Shown in pieces: positions 51,467 through 59,585 of a DNA stretch of 64,000 nucleotides. The stretch is from a virus (lineage: Duplodnaviria > Caudoviricetes). The stretch lies in the IMG/VR virus record IMGVR_UViG_3300011947_000003, positions 1,487 through 65,486 of that record. One strand, given 5' to 3'. How positions within the stretch are numbered: the first letter of the stretch is position 1; every line of letters begins with the position of its first letter. Made by a program: the position numbers and the translations under genes. The notes below the pieces were generated by a model, which saw only the letters and a program-made list of their open reading frames with translations, had not been told where the DNA came from and made no database searches.

Positions 51467-51759
51467 TCGATTTTAATCCATGTGATTTTATCTGGTGTGA
51501 CTACACTTTCAGAAGCATCATAGTCGCTAATGTAATATTCAGTGTGATTGATTTCTTTGAGTTTGATTCGGCCCCATTCATGCAGATGTGGATTTCTTCC
51601 AGCTTCAAACTCCCGTTCAATCGCTTCAATTAAACGTCGATCATGACGTTCTAACATCCAGTATTCATATATCCCATATTCTTCTAACAAGTATTTTTTA
51701 ATACTTTCATTCAGAATAAAGCCGCTATGATTTCTACCAATTGCAATTTTATGTTTCAT
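51463..51759 (-). CDS. conserved phage hypothetical protein (RHDPRL family)
   Basis: MKHKIAIGRNHSGF.L...ERHDRRLIEAIE...YYISDYD. Confidence 0.65.
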   Translation of the reverse strand: MKHKIAIGRNHSGFILNESIKKYLLEEYGIYEYWMLERHDRRLIEAIEREFEAGRNPHLHEWGRIKLKEINHTEYYISDYDASESVVTPDKITWIKIE

Positions 51760-52313
51760 ATAATACCTAACGTCCATTCACCTGTAGCCATTAATAATAA
51801 AGCATGCTTGGATTCACCAAACACAGCTTTATCACCAGTATAATTAACAATAATCATTTGTTTATTTCTTTGAATCAAATAATCACCATGTGCGTATTGT
51901 TTGATATCCCCAACAAGCAATGCGTCTTCTGTATTAAGTGGGATATGTTGAACATCATCTAATAAATTATAATATAGAATATCAGGATTGACAGGAAAGG
52001 TTTTATCACCAACAAAATAAGTTCTTTTCATTGTTGTAAAATAAATATATGATCCAATCATATTCAAACGACAATATAATTGATGATGAATTTTTGCGGC
52101 CATATCCAGATTATTCACATTATGTTTTGCGATTAGATATTGATGAATTAGTTCAAGGATTAACCTATCCACATGTTCACTTTCATCATAATCTGTAATA
52201 TCGAAATTTAATGAGATTGATATTTTTTCAAACAGGTTCCATTTGTCATAAATTTCAACATTTCTTTTAAAATATTGAAGTCTTGAGTGTCTTGCTATTT
52301 CATCCCAATCCAT
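51756..52313 (-). CDS. hypothetical protein
   Basis: 185-aa ORF. Confidence 0.55.
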   Translation of the reverse strand: MDWDEIARHSRLQYFKRNVEIYDKWNLFEKISISLNFDITDYDESEHVDRLILELIHQYLIAKHNVNNLDMAAKIHHQLYCRLNMIGSYIYFTTMKRTYFVGDKTFPVNPDILYYNLLDDVQHIPLNTEDALLVGDIKQYAHGDYLIQRNKQMIIVNYTGDKAVFGESKHALLLMATGEWTLGII

Positions 52314-52573
52314 TAGATTTCATCCTTGTGAATCATGAGTGAATAGTATTTATTATCATCCTTTCGACGGATAGGAGTTCTTGTATAACACTCCAATTTC
52401 GGATTGCGCTTGAATTCATAATCCTCATTATCAGCTTTATAAATGAATTCACCCTTTCCATACACGGATTGAATGTACTTTTTCACTTCTTTAGCAGTAG
52501 CAAATGACTTCTGATATTCATTTGGCGCATACCATTCACCACAACGCGCCAATAATACATATACTTCGCTCAT
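52313..52573 (-). CDS. hypothetical protein
   Basis: 86-aa ORF, AGGA RBS. Confidence 0.55.
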   Translation of the reverse strand: MSEVYVLLARCGEWYAPNEYQKSFATAKEVKKYIQSVYGKGEFIYKADNEDYEFKRNPKLECYTRTPIRRKDDNKYYSLMIHKDEI

Positions 52574-52581
52574 AATAATTC

Positions 52582-53030
52582 CTAAAGATAAAAATGAATA
52601 ATCTTAATGTCTGGTGTGGATTCGTTGATGATTTTTTCGATTTGTTTCCAGTCACCACCTGCAAGCCCCGCCCCACACTTGGAATACCAAATATCAATCC
52701 TTGGTCTTTATAAGCATTATTCAAATTCAGAAACACATTTCTAATTGCATCATAATCAGCATTACGTTTACCATACCCATAGTTGTATTGGGTATATGCA
52801 TTAATAATGCTGCCATTTTCGGTTTTAGCTACAGTATAGTTACCCAGCTTATTTTTATCACCTTTAATTGTGCGTGAATCTACAATAGATGCTTCTGGAT
52901 ATTGATTTTTGATACTTAATGCAATCCCCTTACCGTGATTATTAAAGCAGTTGCAACCATGAATCAGTATATCTACCATTCCATTTTTGAATGCTTTAAT
53001 CAGATCACCCTTAACACTTTGAATAATCAT
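52582..53030 (-). pseudogene. macrodomain (ADP-ribose hydrolase) gene with a 1-nt frameshift in a G-run
   Basis: KGDL, HGCNC..N.G.GIA, YTQY; adding one G at 52671-52674 restores GIPSVGAGLAGGDWKQIEKII ending at a TAG at 52582. Confidence 0.8.
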
Positions 53031-53042
53031 ATATGAACCAAT

Positions 53043-53312
53043 TTGACCAATTTGTGTATACATGATACATTATCCCTACCAGATATGCAAATGAGCAATA
53101 AGGAATTTATTATGTCAAATCAAGAAGTTTTAGAGTGGAAAAACACTAAAATAACACGATTTATGGTAGAAATGGCTATTTCACGCGCTGAAGGTCGCAA
53201 GCATGAAGGGATTGATATTAATGCACTGTATAAAGCTGATGCATCAATGCAGCATAAGTCATTAAAAAGTTTTGTAGAAAGTTATAATCGAAACAAAAGA
53301 TCAATATACTGA
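53043..53312 (+). CDS. small hypothetical protein
   Basis: Probable start MSNQEV after an AAGGA RBS; terminator follows. Confidence 0.55.
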   Translation: MTNLCIHDTLSLPDMQMSNKEFIMSNQEVLEWKNTKITRFMVEMAISRAEGRKHEGIDINALYKADASMQHKSLKSFVESYNRNKRSIY

Positions 53313-53313
53313 T

Positions 53314-53336
53314 AAAAAGGGAATCATTTGATTCCC
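53314..53336. terminator. intrinsic terminator between convergent genes
   Basis: GGGAATCA-TT-TGATTCCC, similar to 14275. Confidence 0.7.
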
Positions 53337-53343
53337 CATTCTA

Positions 53344-53736
53344 TTAAATCTTTTTAGAAGTTTTCAAGATTTCACCTTGAATCACCTTCCAGTCATCGCT
53401 ACGCAATCGGTCATTTTCTACAATTTGAAATACATCTCCCTTTTCAACATTGTATTGAAACTTAACTTGTTTAAAGTAAACCAATCCATCATCTTCTGTT
53501 ACTTCAGCGACAAAAGATGTTTTTACAATCACATTATCATTGGTATCTAAACCAATAGATTCCACATAAAAGTCATTATCTACAATTTTAGTCGGTAATT
53601 TTTGCTTATCTATATATGATTTAATAACATGTTGTGTAACTTCATTTTTATCAACTTCTTGACGTAAAGTTATTAACTGTTCTGGTTCAACTTCGACAAA
53701 TTCAATTTGTTCATTTAAAAAATCTTTGAATGACAT
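53344..53736 (-). CDS. late protein with CTS-like N-terminus
   Basis: MSFKDFLNE behind CGTAAATA. Confidence 0.6.
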   Translation of the reverse strand: MSFKDFLNEQIEFVEVEPEQLITLRQEVDKNEVTQHVIKSYIDKQKLPTKIVDNDFYVESIGLDTNDNVIVKTSFVAEVTEDDGLVYFKQVKFQYNVEKGDVFQIVENDRLRSDDWKVIQGEILKTSKKI

Positions 53737-53764
53737 TGTATGATTCCTATTACTATATCAGTAT

Positions 53765-54112
53765 TTACGAATATATATTTGTTTCAAATTCCACAAAATC
53801 GCCCGTGACTACAGTATGTGTTTGGGGGCTATATTTTTCAATAATACTATCCAAATATATAATTTTATCTTCAACATCGACGATACAATCATCCAAAATA
53901 CCTCCATACTCAAAGCTTTGTTGAATAACGTATAGAGATCGCAAGAAGTTAATAACATCTTTACGGTAATCGATTGTTATAACCAACAAGTCTTCAAGAT
54001 ATTCTCCACCTGCCATCTCAGATTTAATGAAATGACCTTCAATTTCAGAAATTATTTTTTCAAAGGATTCAAGAGTCGTATTAATAACATCTAAACTAAT
54101 TTTTTCCAACAT
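53765..54112 (-). CDS. hypothetical protein
   Basis: 115-aa acidic ORF. Confidence 0.55.
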   Translation of the reverse strand: MLEKISLDVINTTLESFEKIISEIEGHFIKSEMAGGEYLEDLLVITIDYRKDVINFLRSLYVIQQSFEYGGILDDCIVDVEDKIIYLDSIIEKYSPQTHTVVTGDFVEFETNIYS

Positions 54113-54199
54113 TGCTACTTACTCAAATATGTTTATATTTGTTCATATTATCATTTGTAGTTGTCATAGCAATTTATTTTTATACTTTTCGTGTATGCA

Positions 54200-54470
54200 C
54201 AAAAAAGGTGAACATCCCTTATAGCTGTGTAGTCAAGAACGATAGAACCAATAAAAACTCTATACGACTACAATTTTAATCTTTCGCCTTTAGCCTTTAA
54301 GCTTTTAATCAATTGATCTTTAAGCTTTGAACTTTCACCTTTTAGCTTTTATTAGCTATAATGTTATAGATTCAATGGCTAGGTACTATACACCGTACCT
54401 AATGGCGTGATTTACCGTTTTTCAGCTATGAAAAATGTTCACCTTGGATGATGCTTAACCGAAGTTAAAC
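54200..54470 (-). ncRNA. unnamed structured RNA with a 9 x AAAG heptamer array, 3' of the DUF6847-like gene
   Basis: 11-bp closing stem 54205-15/54435-45; 7-bp stems 54221-27/54423-29 and 54228-34/54266-72; cUUCGg hairpin over the stop codon; U-run after the closing stem. Confidence 0.75.
54281..54349 (-). repeat. 7-nt period AAAG repeats (4+5 units)
   Basis: CTTT on + at 54281, 54288, 54295, 54302, 54318, 54325, 54332, 54339, 54346. Confidence 0.9.
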
Positions 54471-55055
54471 ATCAAATTTCAGAGTCGGGTTCAATTCTGA
54501 CATAACAGCATCGAATTCCGATTCGAAATATTCGATTTCAGCACGAATCTTTTCGATTTCATCATCATAAGCATGGATTTTAGGTTCCTGCTTTTTCTTA
54601 TGTTCGATAAGAACCGCAACATCATCTTTATCAGACTTAGCTTCTAAAGCATTAAGTTCTGCATCAAACGTAGCTTTCGCACGTTTGTATTCTGTTGTAG
54701 CATTATTTCGATCCAAAATCAACTTTTCAAGGATCGAACGTTTTGTTGGGATAACGTATAACTTATAAGCCAAGGCATCTTGAATTGTCATTTCACCATT
54801 ACCAACGTCAATTTTGGTAGTAGCATTCACAAAGTTAATACCTTGACGAAGGCGGAATGCTTCATTAACTTTGTCGTTAAGTGATTGGTATGCTTTTTTA
54901 GTAGCTTCCTGTTCAGTCTTAACAGTCTTGCCCTCAAGTGTCTTATTTGACACTTCAACAAACGCAAACTTTACGTGGCGCGAATTAGTAACCGCTTCTT
55001 CCAAAAGTGACTTTGACTTAGATAATGCGCGGCTTACTGAAATTTGATTTGTCAT
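54465..55055 (-). CDS. DIP1984/DUF6847-like helical coiled-coil protein
   Basis: ISVSRAL..K...LR..I..VNATT.I......MTIQDAL..K...IE.FE.EFDAVMSELN pattern. Confidence 0.65.
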   Translation of the reverse strand: MTNQISVSRALSKSKSLLEEAVTNSRHVKFAFVEVSNKTLEGKTVKTEQEATKKAYQSLNDKVNEAFRLRQGINFVNATTKIDVGNGEMTIQDALAYKLYVIPTKRSILEKLILDRNNATTEYKRAKATFDAELNALEAKSDKDDVAVLIEHKKKQEPKIHAYDDEIEKIRAEIEYFESEFDAVMSELNPTLKFDV

Positions 55056-55100
55056 ACGTTACCTTCAATTTTAATTCATATTTGATCGTTTATGTTGGTA

Positions 55101-55128
55101 AGTATACACTAATACCAACTGATGTCAA
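55101..55128 (-). promoter_or_regulatory. sigma70 promoter for the DUF6847-like gene and RNA
   Basis: TTGACA-16-TATACT. Confidence 0.6.
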
Positions 55129-55190
55129 CAACTTTTTATATTATTTTTATATAATTACGACTTTAATTAATAGTTGAATGAGATATAACC

Positions 55191-55706
55191 TTATTTGTCT
55201 AACTTATCAACTTTTTCTTGATTTGCCACTGATGTATTGTGGTAATCAACCAACATATTGTAATATGTTACTGCTGCTTCGTGATTGCGGTCATTCTCTC
55301 CCGCGATTCTAACAAGAAGTTCTGCACTTCTATTGAACTCGTCGTTGATCTGTCTGTTGAGTGCAGCTTTTGTGGTATCGGAATAGGTATCCCAATCATT
55401 ATTGGTTCTTTCTGAATCTTGGCGCAACTGGGTAATAATATTGTTATTGGTAGCAACAGTAGCATTAATTTTGCTAATCTTGTCATTTAGTTCACCATAA
55501 TGTTTGATGTTGATGGCATTAAGTTCATTAACCATACTTATAGCTAATTCACTTTGCATTCTTTTGTAATCATGCAATTCGGTCTTCATTGCGATGATTT
55601 CATCTTTTAATTCAGATTGTTTCTTATTATTATTGAATTCCTTGTAACCAATATATCCCATAAAAATAAGAATCACGATGTATGGAATTAATCGCAAATA
55701 ATTCAT
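55191..55706 (-). CDS. i-spanin (Rz-like)
   Basis: N-terminal TM plus long coiled coil, with an embedded lipoprotein ORF. Confidence 0.8.
   Translation of the reverse strand: MNYLRLIPYIVILIFMGYIGYKEFNNNKKQSELKDEIIAMKTELHDYKRMQSELAISMVNELNAINIKHYGELNDKISKINATVATNNNIITQLRQDSERTNNDWDTYSDTTKAALNRQINDEFNRSAELLVRIAGENDRNHEAAVTYYNMLVDYHNTSVANQEKVDKLDK
55268..55486 (-). CDS. o-spanin (Rz1-like lipoprotein), embedded in another frame
   Basis: Signal peptide and lipobox LLPSC, Pro-rich mature part. Confidence 0.8.
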   Translation of the reverse strand: MTRLAKLMLLLLPITILLPSCAKIQKEPIMIGIPIPIPQKLHSTDRSTTSSIEVQNFLLESRERMTAITKQQ

Positions 55707-55869
55707 ATATGATCACCTTTTTATTTATATTTATGACAAAATGAATTGCTCACTGGAAGTGTGATGCGAAAACACATTATGTGATCTTATATTGAGTAAA
55801 TTTGATATATCACTGGCTATAGCATGAAATCTGTTCTGGAACGATTTTATTTGACATAAATAAATATAA

Positions 55870-55895
55870 AAAAGCCGATCAAATGATCGGCTTTT
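55870..55895 (-). terminator. intrinsic terminator
   Basis: AAAAGCCGATCA-AA-TGATCGGCTTTT, same stem as 47226. Confidence 0.75.
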
Positions 55896-55898
55896 ATT

Positions 55899-56090
55899 TT
55901 ATCGTTTTCTTTCAATCAGTTCTTGACAATGAACACATCGTTCCACACCACCTAAATCGCGGCGCTTTTGAGGAATTTCAATATCACAATCAATACAGAA
56001 TTCTTCACTTGGTAGAAGGAACTTAGCACTAATTGCACTAACATCAACCTCTTGCATCATCTCTGTTGCAATATCAACATCATCAGCCAT
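55899..56090 (-). CDS. TraR/DksA C4-type zinc finger protein
   Basis: MADDVDIA...CIDCDIEIPQKRR...RCVHCQ. Confidence 0.88.
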   Translation of the reverse strand: MADDVDIATEMMQEVDVSAISAKFLLPSEEFCIDCDIEIPQKRRDLGGVERCVHCQELIERKR

Positions 56091-56129
56091 TTTATTACCC
56101 TTTAGTTTATCTAGTGATTTATTTAGTAT

Positions 56130-56915
56130 TTAATTTTTTACAATTAAATCTACAAGAGGGTTACTAGATTCTGATGTTGTTGCATATAGAATATCTACAA
56201 ATTTTTTAAGATCAGCGACATCATTAAATAGTCGGCTCTTTTTATTTTCTAAAATCTCATTCTTGAACTGATTTATCTTATCAGTGCATGCAACGACATT
56301 GCCTTTAACATAACCTTTTTTATTGTTGATTCGATCAACAGTTTTTAGATTATCCTTATTATCAAATGTTACATTGGTGTAATAACATTTTTTCGCTAAA
56401 ATAATATCTTGGATATCATCTAGTGATAAATCGAATTTTATTCCACGTGAACGGGCCGAAAAAGCTAATGCACGGAACTTAGCAGCAATAGCACATACTA
56501 GATCAATACCAGATAATTCATAATCTGAAGTTGAAAAATCCATATCATGATCAAAGTTATCATAAGTAGGTTTTTTACTGTCGTCATTCACATGCTCTAA
56601 TTTAGCAGGTTTCACCTTGACTTCACCAGCAGCATTACCTTTCAATTGATAATTAAGGTTGTTTTGAGAATTGATTGGTTGGTAAATATTCCAACCAGTA
56701 TTTGGGTTTTTAAGACAACGTACCTTTCCAATTTCAGTTAAATGGTCTAGCAACATTTCTAAAGTTTTAATGATTTGACTCATTCCTTGTGTAGTCTTAT
56801 GGCGTTCATACGATGCATATTTTGTACAAACATCAACTATACTTGCCTTTTTTAGAAACGCCATTTGATTCGCGTTGGTGGTTTTGAAGTTCTTTGGGAA
56901 TAAACTCTCATCCAT
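56130..56915 (-). CDS. Srd-like / HNH-like fold protein
   Basis: SARSRGIKFDLS...KCYYT...TVDRINNKKGYVKGNVVAC...N..K. Confidence 0.55.
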   Translation of the reverse strand: MDESLFPKNFKTTNANQMAFLKKASIVDVCTKYASYERHKTTQGMSQIIKTLEMLLDHLTEIGKVRCLKNPNTGWNIYQPINSQNNLNYQLKGNAAGEVKVKPAKLEHVNDDSKKPTYDNFDHDMDFSTSDYELSGIDLVCAIAAKFRALAFSARSRGIKFDLSLDDIQDIILAKKCYYTNVTFDNKDNLKTVDRINNKKGYVKGNVVACTDKINQFKNEILENKKSRLFNDVADLKKFVDILYATTSESSNPLVDLIVKN

Positions 56916-56987
56916 TATTAAGTTCCTTTGCTGAAAAGTATAAATCCAGCATCATATATGAAGATAAAATTGTAAGCCTTATTGTGT

Positions 56988-57031
56988 AAATAAGGCAAAT
57001 ACAGTTTAACCATATTTGCCTTATTTGTAAA
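56988..57031 (-). promoter_or_regulatory. sigma70 promoter with the -10 box in the loop of a 14-bp inverted repeat
   Basis: TTTACA-17-TAAACT; AAATAAGGCAAATA/TATTTGCCTTATTT. Confidence 0.6.
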
Positions 57032-57065
57032 CACAACATTACTTATAATTTAATCAAATAAAATC

Positions 57066-57350
57066 TTATATTTCAATATAATCTTCAATTTGCAGAACAA
57101 TTAAATCATCTTCTTGATAATGATCCTTGTTATCTACAGACCGAATAAAGATCGTTGGATATGCATCATTATGTAACGGCAACCAATCGATATTATTATC
57201 ATTAAAATCAAAGATAATTGCCATCGATGCGACCTTATTAATATCAATGCTGTTATAAAAGAGTTTCATAAATTCTGGATGATAATCCATCACCCAAAGA
57301 TTGTAGTTATCTTCAGGGAATTTAATATCGATTGATTTTTTCATACTCAT
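57066..57350 (-). CDS. hypothetical protein
   Basis: 94-aa ORF. Confidence 0.55.
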   Translation of the reverse strand: MSMKKSIDIKFPEDNYNLWVMDYHPEFMKLFYNSIDINKVASMAIIFDFNDNNIDWLPLHNDAYPTIFIRSVDNKDHYQEDDLIVLQIEDYIEI

Positions 57351-57356
57351 ATCTCA

Positions 57357-57656
57357 TTAGTTATAAACAATATCTTTGTCACCAACGACAAAATCATACA
57401 TAGTTATCCCGTTTATGTTAACATATATGTTTGGCAAATTGATATCAATATATTGTCCATTTAACGAAACTATTTCACCATGCTTATAAAATGATGCAGT
57501 TTTAATTTCTTTCCCATGTATTTTATAGATTTTATTCATATACTCAATATCGTAGTGATCTAATATGATCAAGTTATATTGGGCATTAGTTTCAGTTTCT
57601 TCTTTTGTTATTGCTACCATATCAATTGGTAGACCATCATTGATCAGTAATGTCAT
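57357..57656 (-). CDS. degenerate IntC-like (Hint) protein with no C-extein
   Basis: AGGTG RBS, ATG overlaps the terL-N end; weak colinear match to intein 2 from QILTEDG to block F; ends DIVYN*. Confidence 0.45.
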   Translation of the reverse strand: MTLLINDGLPIDMVAITKEETETNAQYNLIILDHYDIEYMNKIYKIHGKEIKTASFYKHGEIVSLNGQYIDINLPNIYVNINGITMYDFVVGDKDIVYN

Positions 57657-59571
57657 GTTTAGCACCTGCGTATAAGTAATCAAATAATTTATCTACATGT
57701 ATTTGGAAAATTTTCCCTGTGTGATTATCCAGCATTGTTACCAATGAATCACCATCAATACAATTACTTAGAATGGCTGATAAATCATTTACAGCAAAGC
57801 TATGGGTATCTTTGACTGATATCATATCGGCAACACGGTATTCACCCTTATAGACGTTAATATTGGTGATTATATTTTTTTCTTCAACACCAACTACATC
57901 ACCAACTTTAAGATCAGACATTTTGATGAATTGACCATCAAATAATTTAATCTCATGTTTAGCAGTTGCACGAATCTTACTATCATTTGATAATATGATT
58001 TCATAAAGTTCATCAACTGTCCTAGTAGTGATCCCATCAAAATCTTTGAACCCATCTTCAGTTAAAATTTGATATGTATAATTAGGAACATACGATTCAA
58101 CTACATTCTCATGTTCAATCAAATCATATAGTTGTCCAATAGTAAGGTCTAATTCCTCACCATTGATCCGTACAGTGATGTTTGTATCCTTAGTGCTACA
58201 ATTGTGTGTTGGAACCAAAGATCGACCACATAAGAACAAGTGTGATTCATTATTAACAGTGATGCAATATGACGCTTCAGTAGGCACTTCTTTAATAGAA
58301 TGAATATACAAACGTTTTGATTTTGGATGCGATGAATTTGCATACTGGCGATCGAGTTTACGCGGTAATGTACAAACATCAAATTCATTACAAACAAAAC
58401 ATACTGTATAAGCAAGTTTGGCATTTTCCATCGTTGGTTGTTTACTATACATTGTCGATTTAATACCAAGCGTGGATAACAATAAACGGAAATCTTCAAT
58501 AATTTTTAAATTTGATTGATAAAACCGACATACGCCATTCTTTTCAATAGAACCATCAGTATCCATTAATCCCTGAAGCAACTTGATACGCACTTCTTTG
58601 CTGTTATATATATAATCATTTGGAATATGTTTGTTTTTATATAAATTATATAATTTGAGTTCAGTTAACCCCCAGTCTTTAAATTTACGATCTCCTACAT
58701 GACCTCTATTCTTGCGACCTACATATTCCATCAAATTAGTATTTGATTCATAGTGATCATGATCTATTTTTGATGCGGTCAATTTTGTAGAACAACTATG
58801 ACCATCACCCAGCCATAAACCAAGTTCATACGGGTCAATCTCAACATCGTTATATGGGAATTCAACACATGCAGCATGATCAATAAACATGCCTTTTTTC
58901 TGACGATGTATCACTTTTAATCGTTCATTCATATGTTCAGTATTTCCAACCACATATTTTTCTTTAGATGAATCATAGAATTTCCAGTCATGATTAGCAC
59001 CAGCAATAATTTCTTCACCATTATCAAATGTGATCTTATAACACTTTTCATAAATTGGATCAGTTTTGAATGTTACTTCAGTTGGCTTCCCATCATCACC
59101 AAATATAAAATCACCAACCTTAATATCTTCCATCATCTTAAAGCCACGTGTGGTTAATATAGGTGTATCCCAAGCTAGATTTTTTCCCATTTGACGCGGG
59201 AATTTAAAAATACTGAATCGATTTTCATGAATGACTTTAATCGTGTTGCGCTGGTACTGGAACATTTTGAATAGCTGTAGACCATCAGACATGGTGATAA
59301 TCTTGCAGTAATTCACAATGAAATAAAGAATGTCATCATAACATCTTTCCATTTCATCCAATTGATCTTGAGTATATGGAAAATCGACATCACGGTTCAT
59401 GATCTTGATTTCACCATTATAGCAATTCAGCTTTTTGAATTCCTCATCTACATCTTCGATTTCTGGTGCATTTTCGATTTCTGAAAACACGTCCATTCCA
59501 ATAGTAGGATCGAATGGCAATTTATACTCGTAATATTCAGGATATATTTTACTTTCTCTTTTTTGACTCAT
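57637..59571 (-). CDS. gp17: terminase large subunit N-terminal fragment (aa 1-130, to Walker A GK) fused to three stacked inteins
   Basis: C..DILYFI.NYCKI....GL..F....YQ...I...HENRF.I...PRQMGK is the T4 gp17-type N-terminus; the ORF stops in a 41-aa IntN. Confidence 0.9.
   Translation of the reverse strand: MSQKRESKIYPEYYEYKLPFDPTIGMDVFSEIENAPEIEDVDEEFKKLNCYNGEIKIMNRDVDFPYTQDQLDEMERCYDDILYFIVNYCKIITMSDGLQLFKMFQYQRNTIKVIHENRFSIFKFPRQMGKNLAWDTPILTTRGFKMMEDIKVGDFIFGDDGKPTEVTFKTDPIYEKCYKITFDNGEEIIAGANHDWKFYDSSKEKYVVGNTEHMNERLKVIHRQKKGMFIDHAACVEFPYNDVEIDPYELGLWLGDGHSCSTKLTASKIDHDHYESNTNLMEYVGRKNRGHVGDRKFKDWGLTELKLYNLYKNKHIPNDYIYNSKEVRIKLLQGLMDTDGSIEKNGVCRFYQSNLKIIEDFRLLLSTLGIKSTMYSKQPTMENAKLAYTVCFVCNEFDVCTLPRKLDRQYANSSHPKSKRLYIHSIKEVPTEASYCITVNNESHLFLCGRSLVPTHNCSTKDTNITVRINGEELDLTIGQLYDLIEHENVVESYVPNYTYQILTEDGFKDFDGITTRTVDELYEIILSNDSKIRATAKHEIKLFDGQFIKMSDLKVGDVVGVEEKNIITNINVYKGEYRVADMISVKDTHSFAVNDLSAILSNCIDGDSLVTMLDNHTGKIFQIHVDKLFDYLYAGAKHDITDQ
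57640..57762 (-). mobile_element. intein 3: N-fragment of an atypically split intein
   Basis: CIDGDSLVTMLD..TG.I.....KLFD then stop; 41 aa. Confidence 0.8.
57763..58200 (-). mobile_element. intein 2: contiguous mini-intein of the TerL (AceL/GOS-TerL-like) type
   Basis: CSTKDT...TIGQLY; QILTEDGFKDFDGI; block B ATAKH; LKVGD; ends THSFAVN..ILSN/C; 146 aa. Confidence 0.85.
58201..59181 (-). mobile_element. intein 1: class-3 (WCT) intein with LAGLIDADG homing endonuclease, Asn at position 1
   Basis: NLAWDTPILT; block B NHDW; YELGLWLGDG; LLQGLMDTDG; block F YCITV; ends PTHN/C; 327 aa. Confidence 0.9.
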
Positions 59572-59585
59572 CTTCTATATTCCAA

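Noticed and set aside
52536-53063. The 175-aa track ORF taken as the true macrodomain protein
   Set aside because: Its C-terminal ~45 aa are out of frame relative to the conserved GLAGGDW motif and overlap the next gene.
54281-54349. AAAG array as a CRISPR array or a coding microsatellite
   Set aside because: The units are 7 nt with only a 4-nt constant core, there are no spacers or cas genes, and there is no ORF through it.
55740-55865. Possible small RNA or ORF between the TraR-like gene and the spanins
   Set aside because: Only very short ORFs and 4-bp stems; adequately explained by a terminator plus a late promoter.
59179-59181. Asn at intein position 1 as a sequencing error for Cys
   Set aside because: AAT to TGT needs two changes, and the W/C/T class-3 triad is present, which explains a non-nucleophilic first residue.
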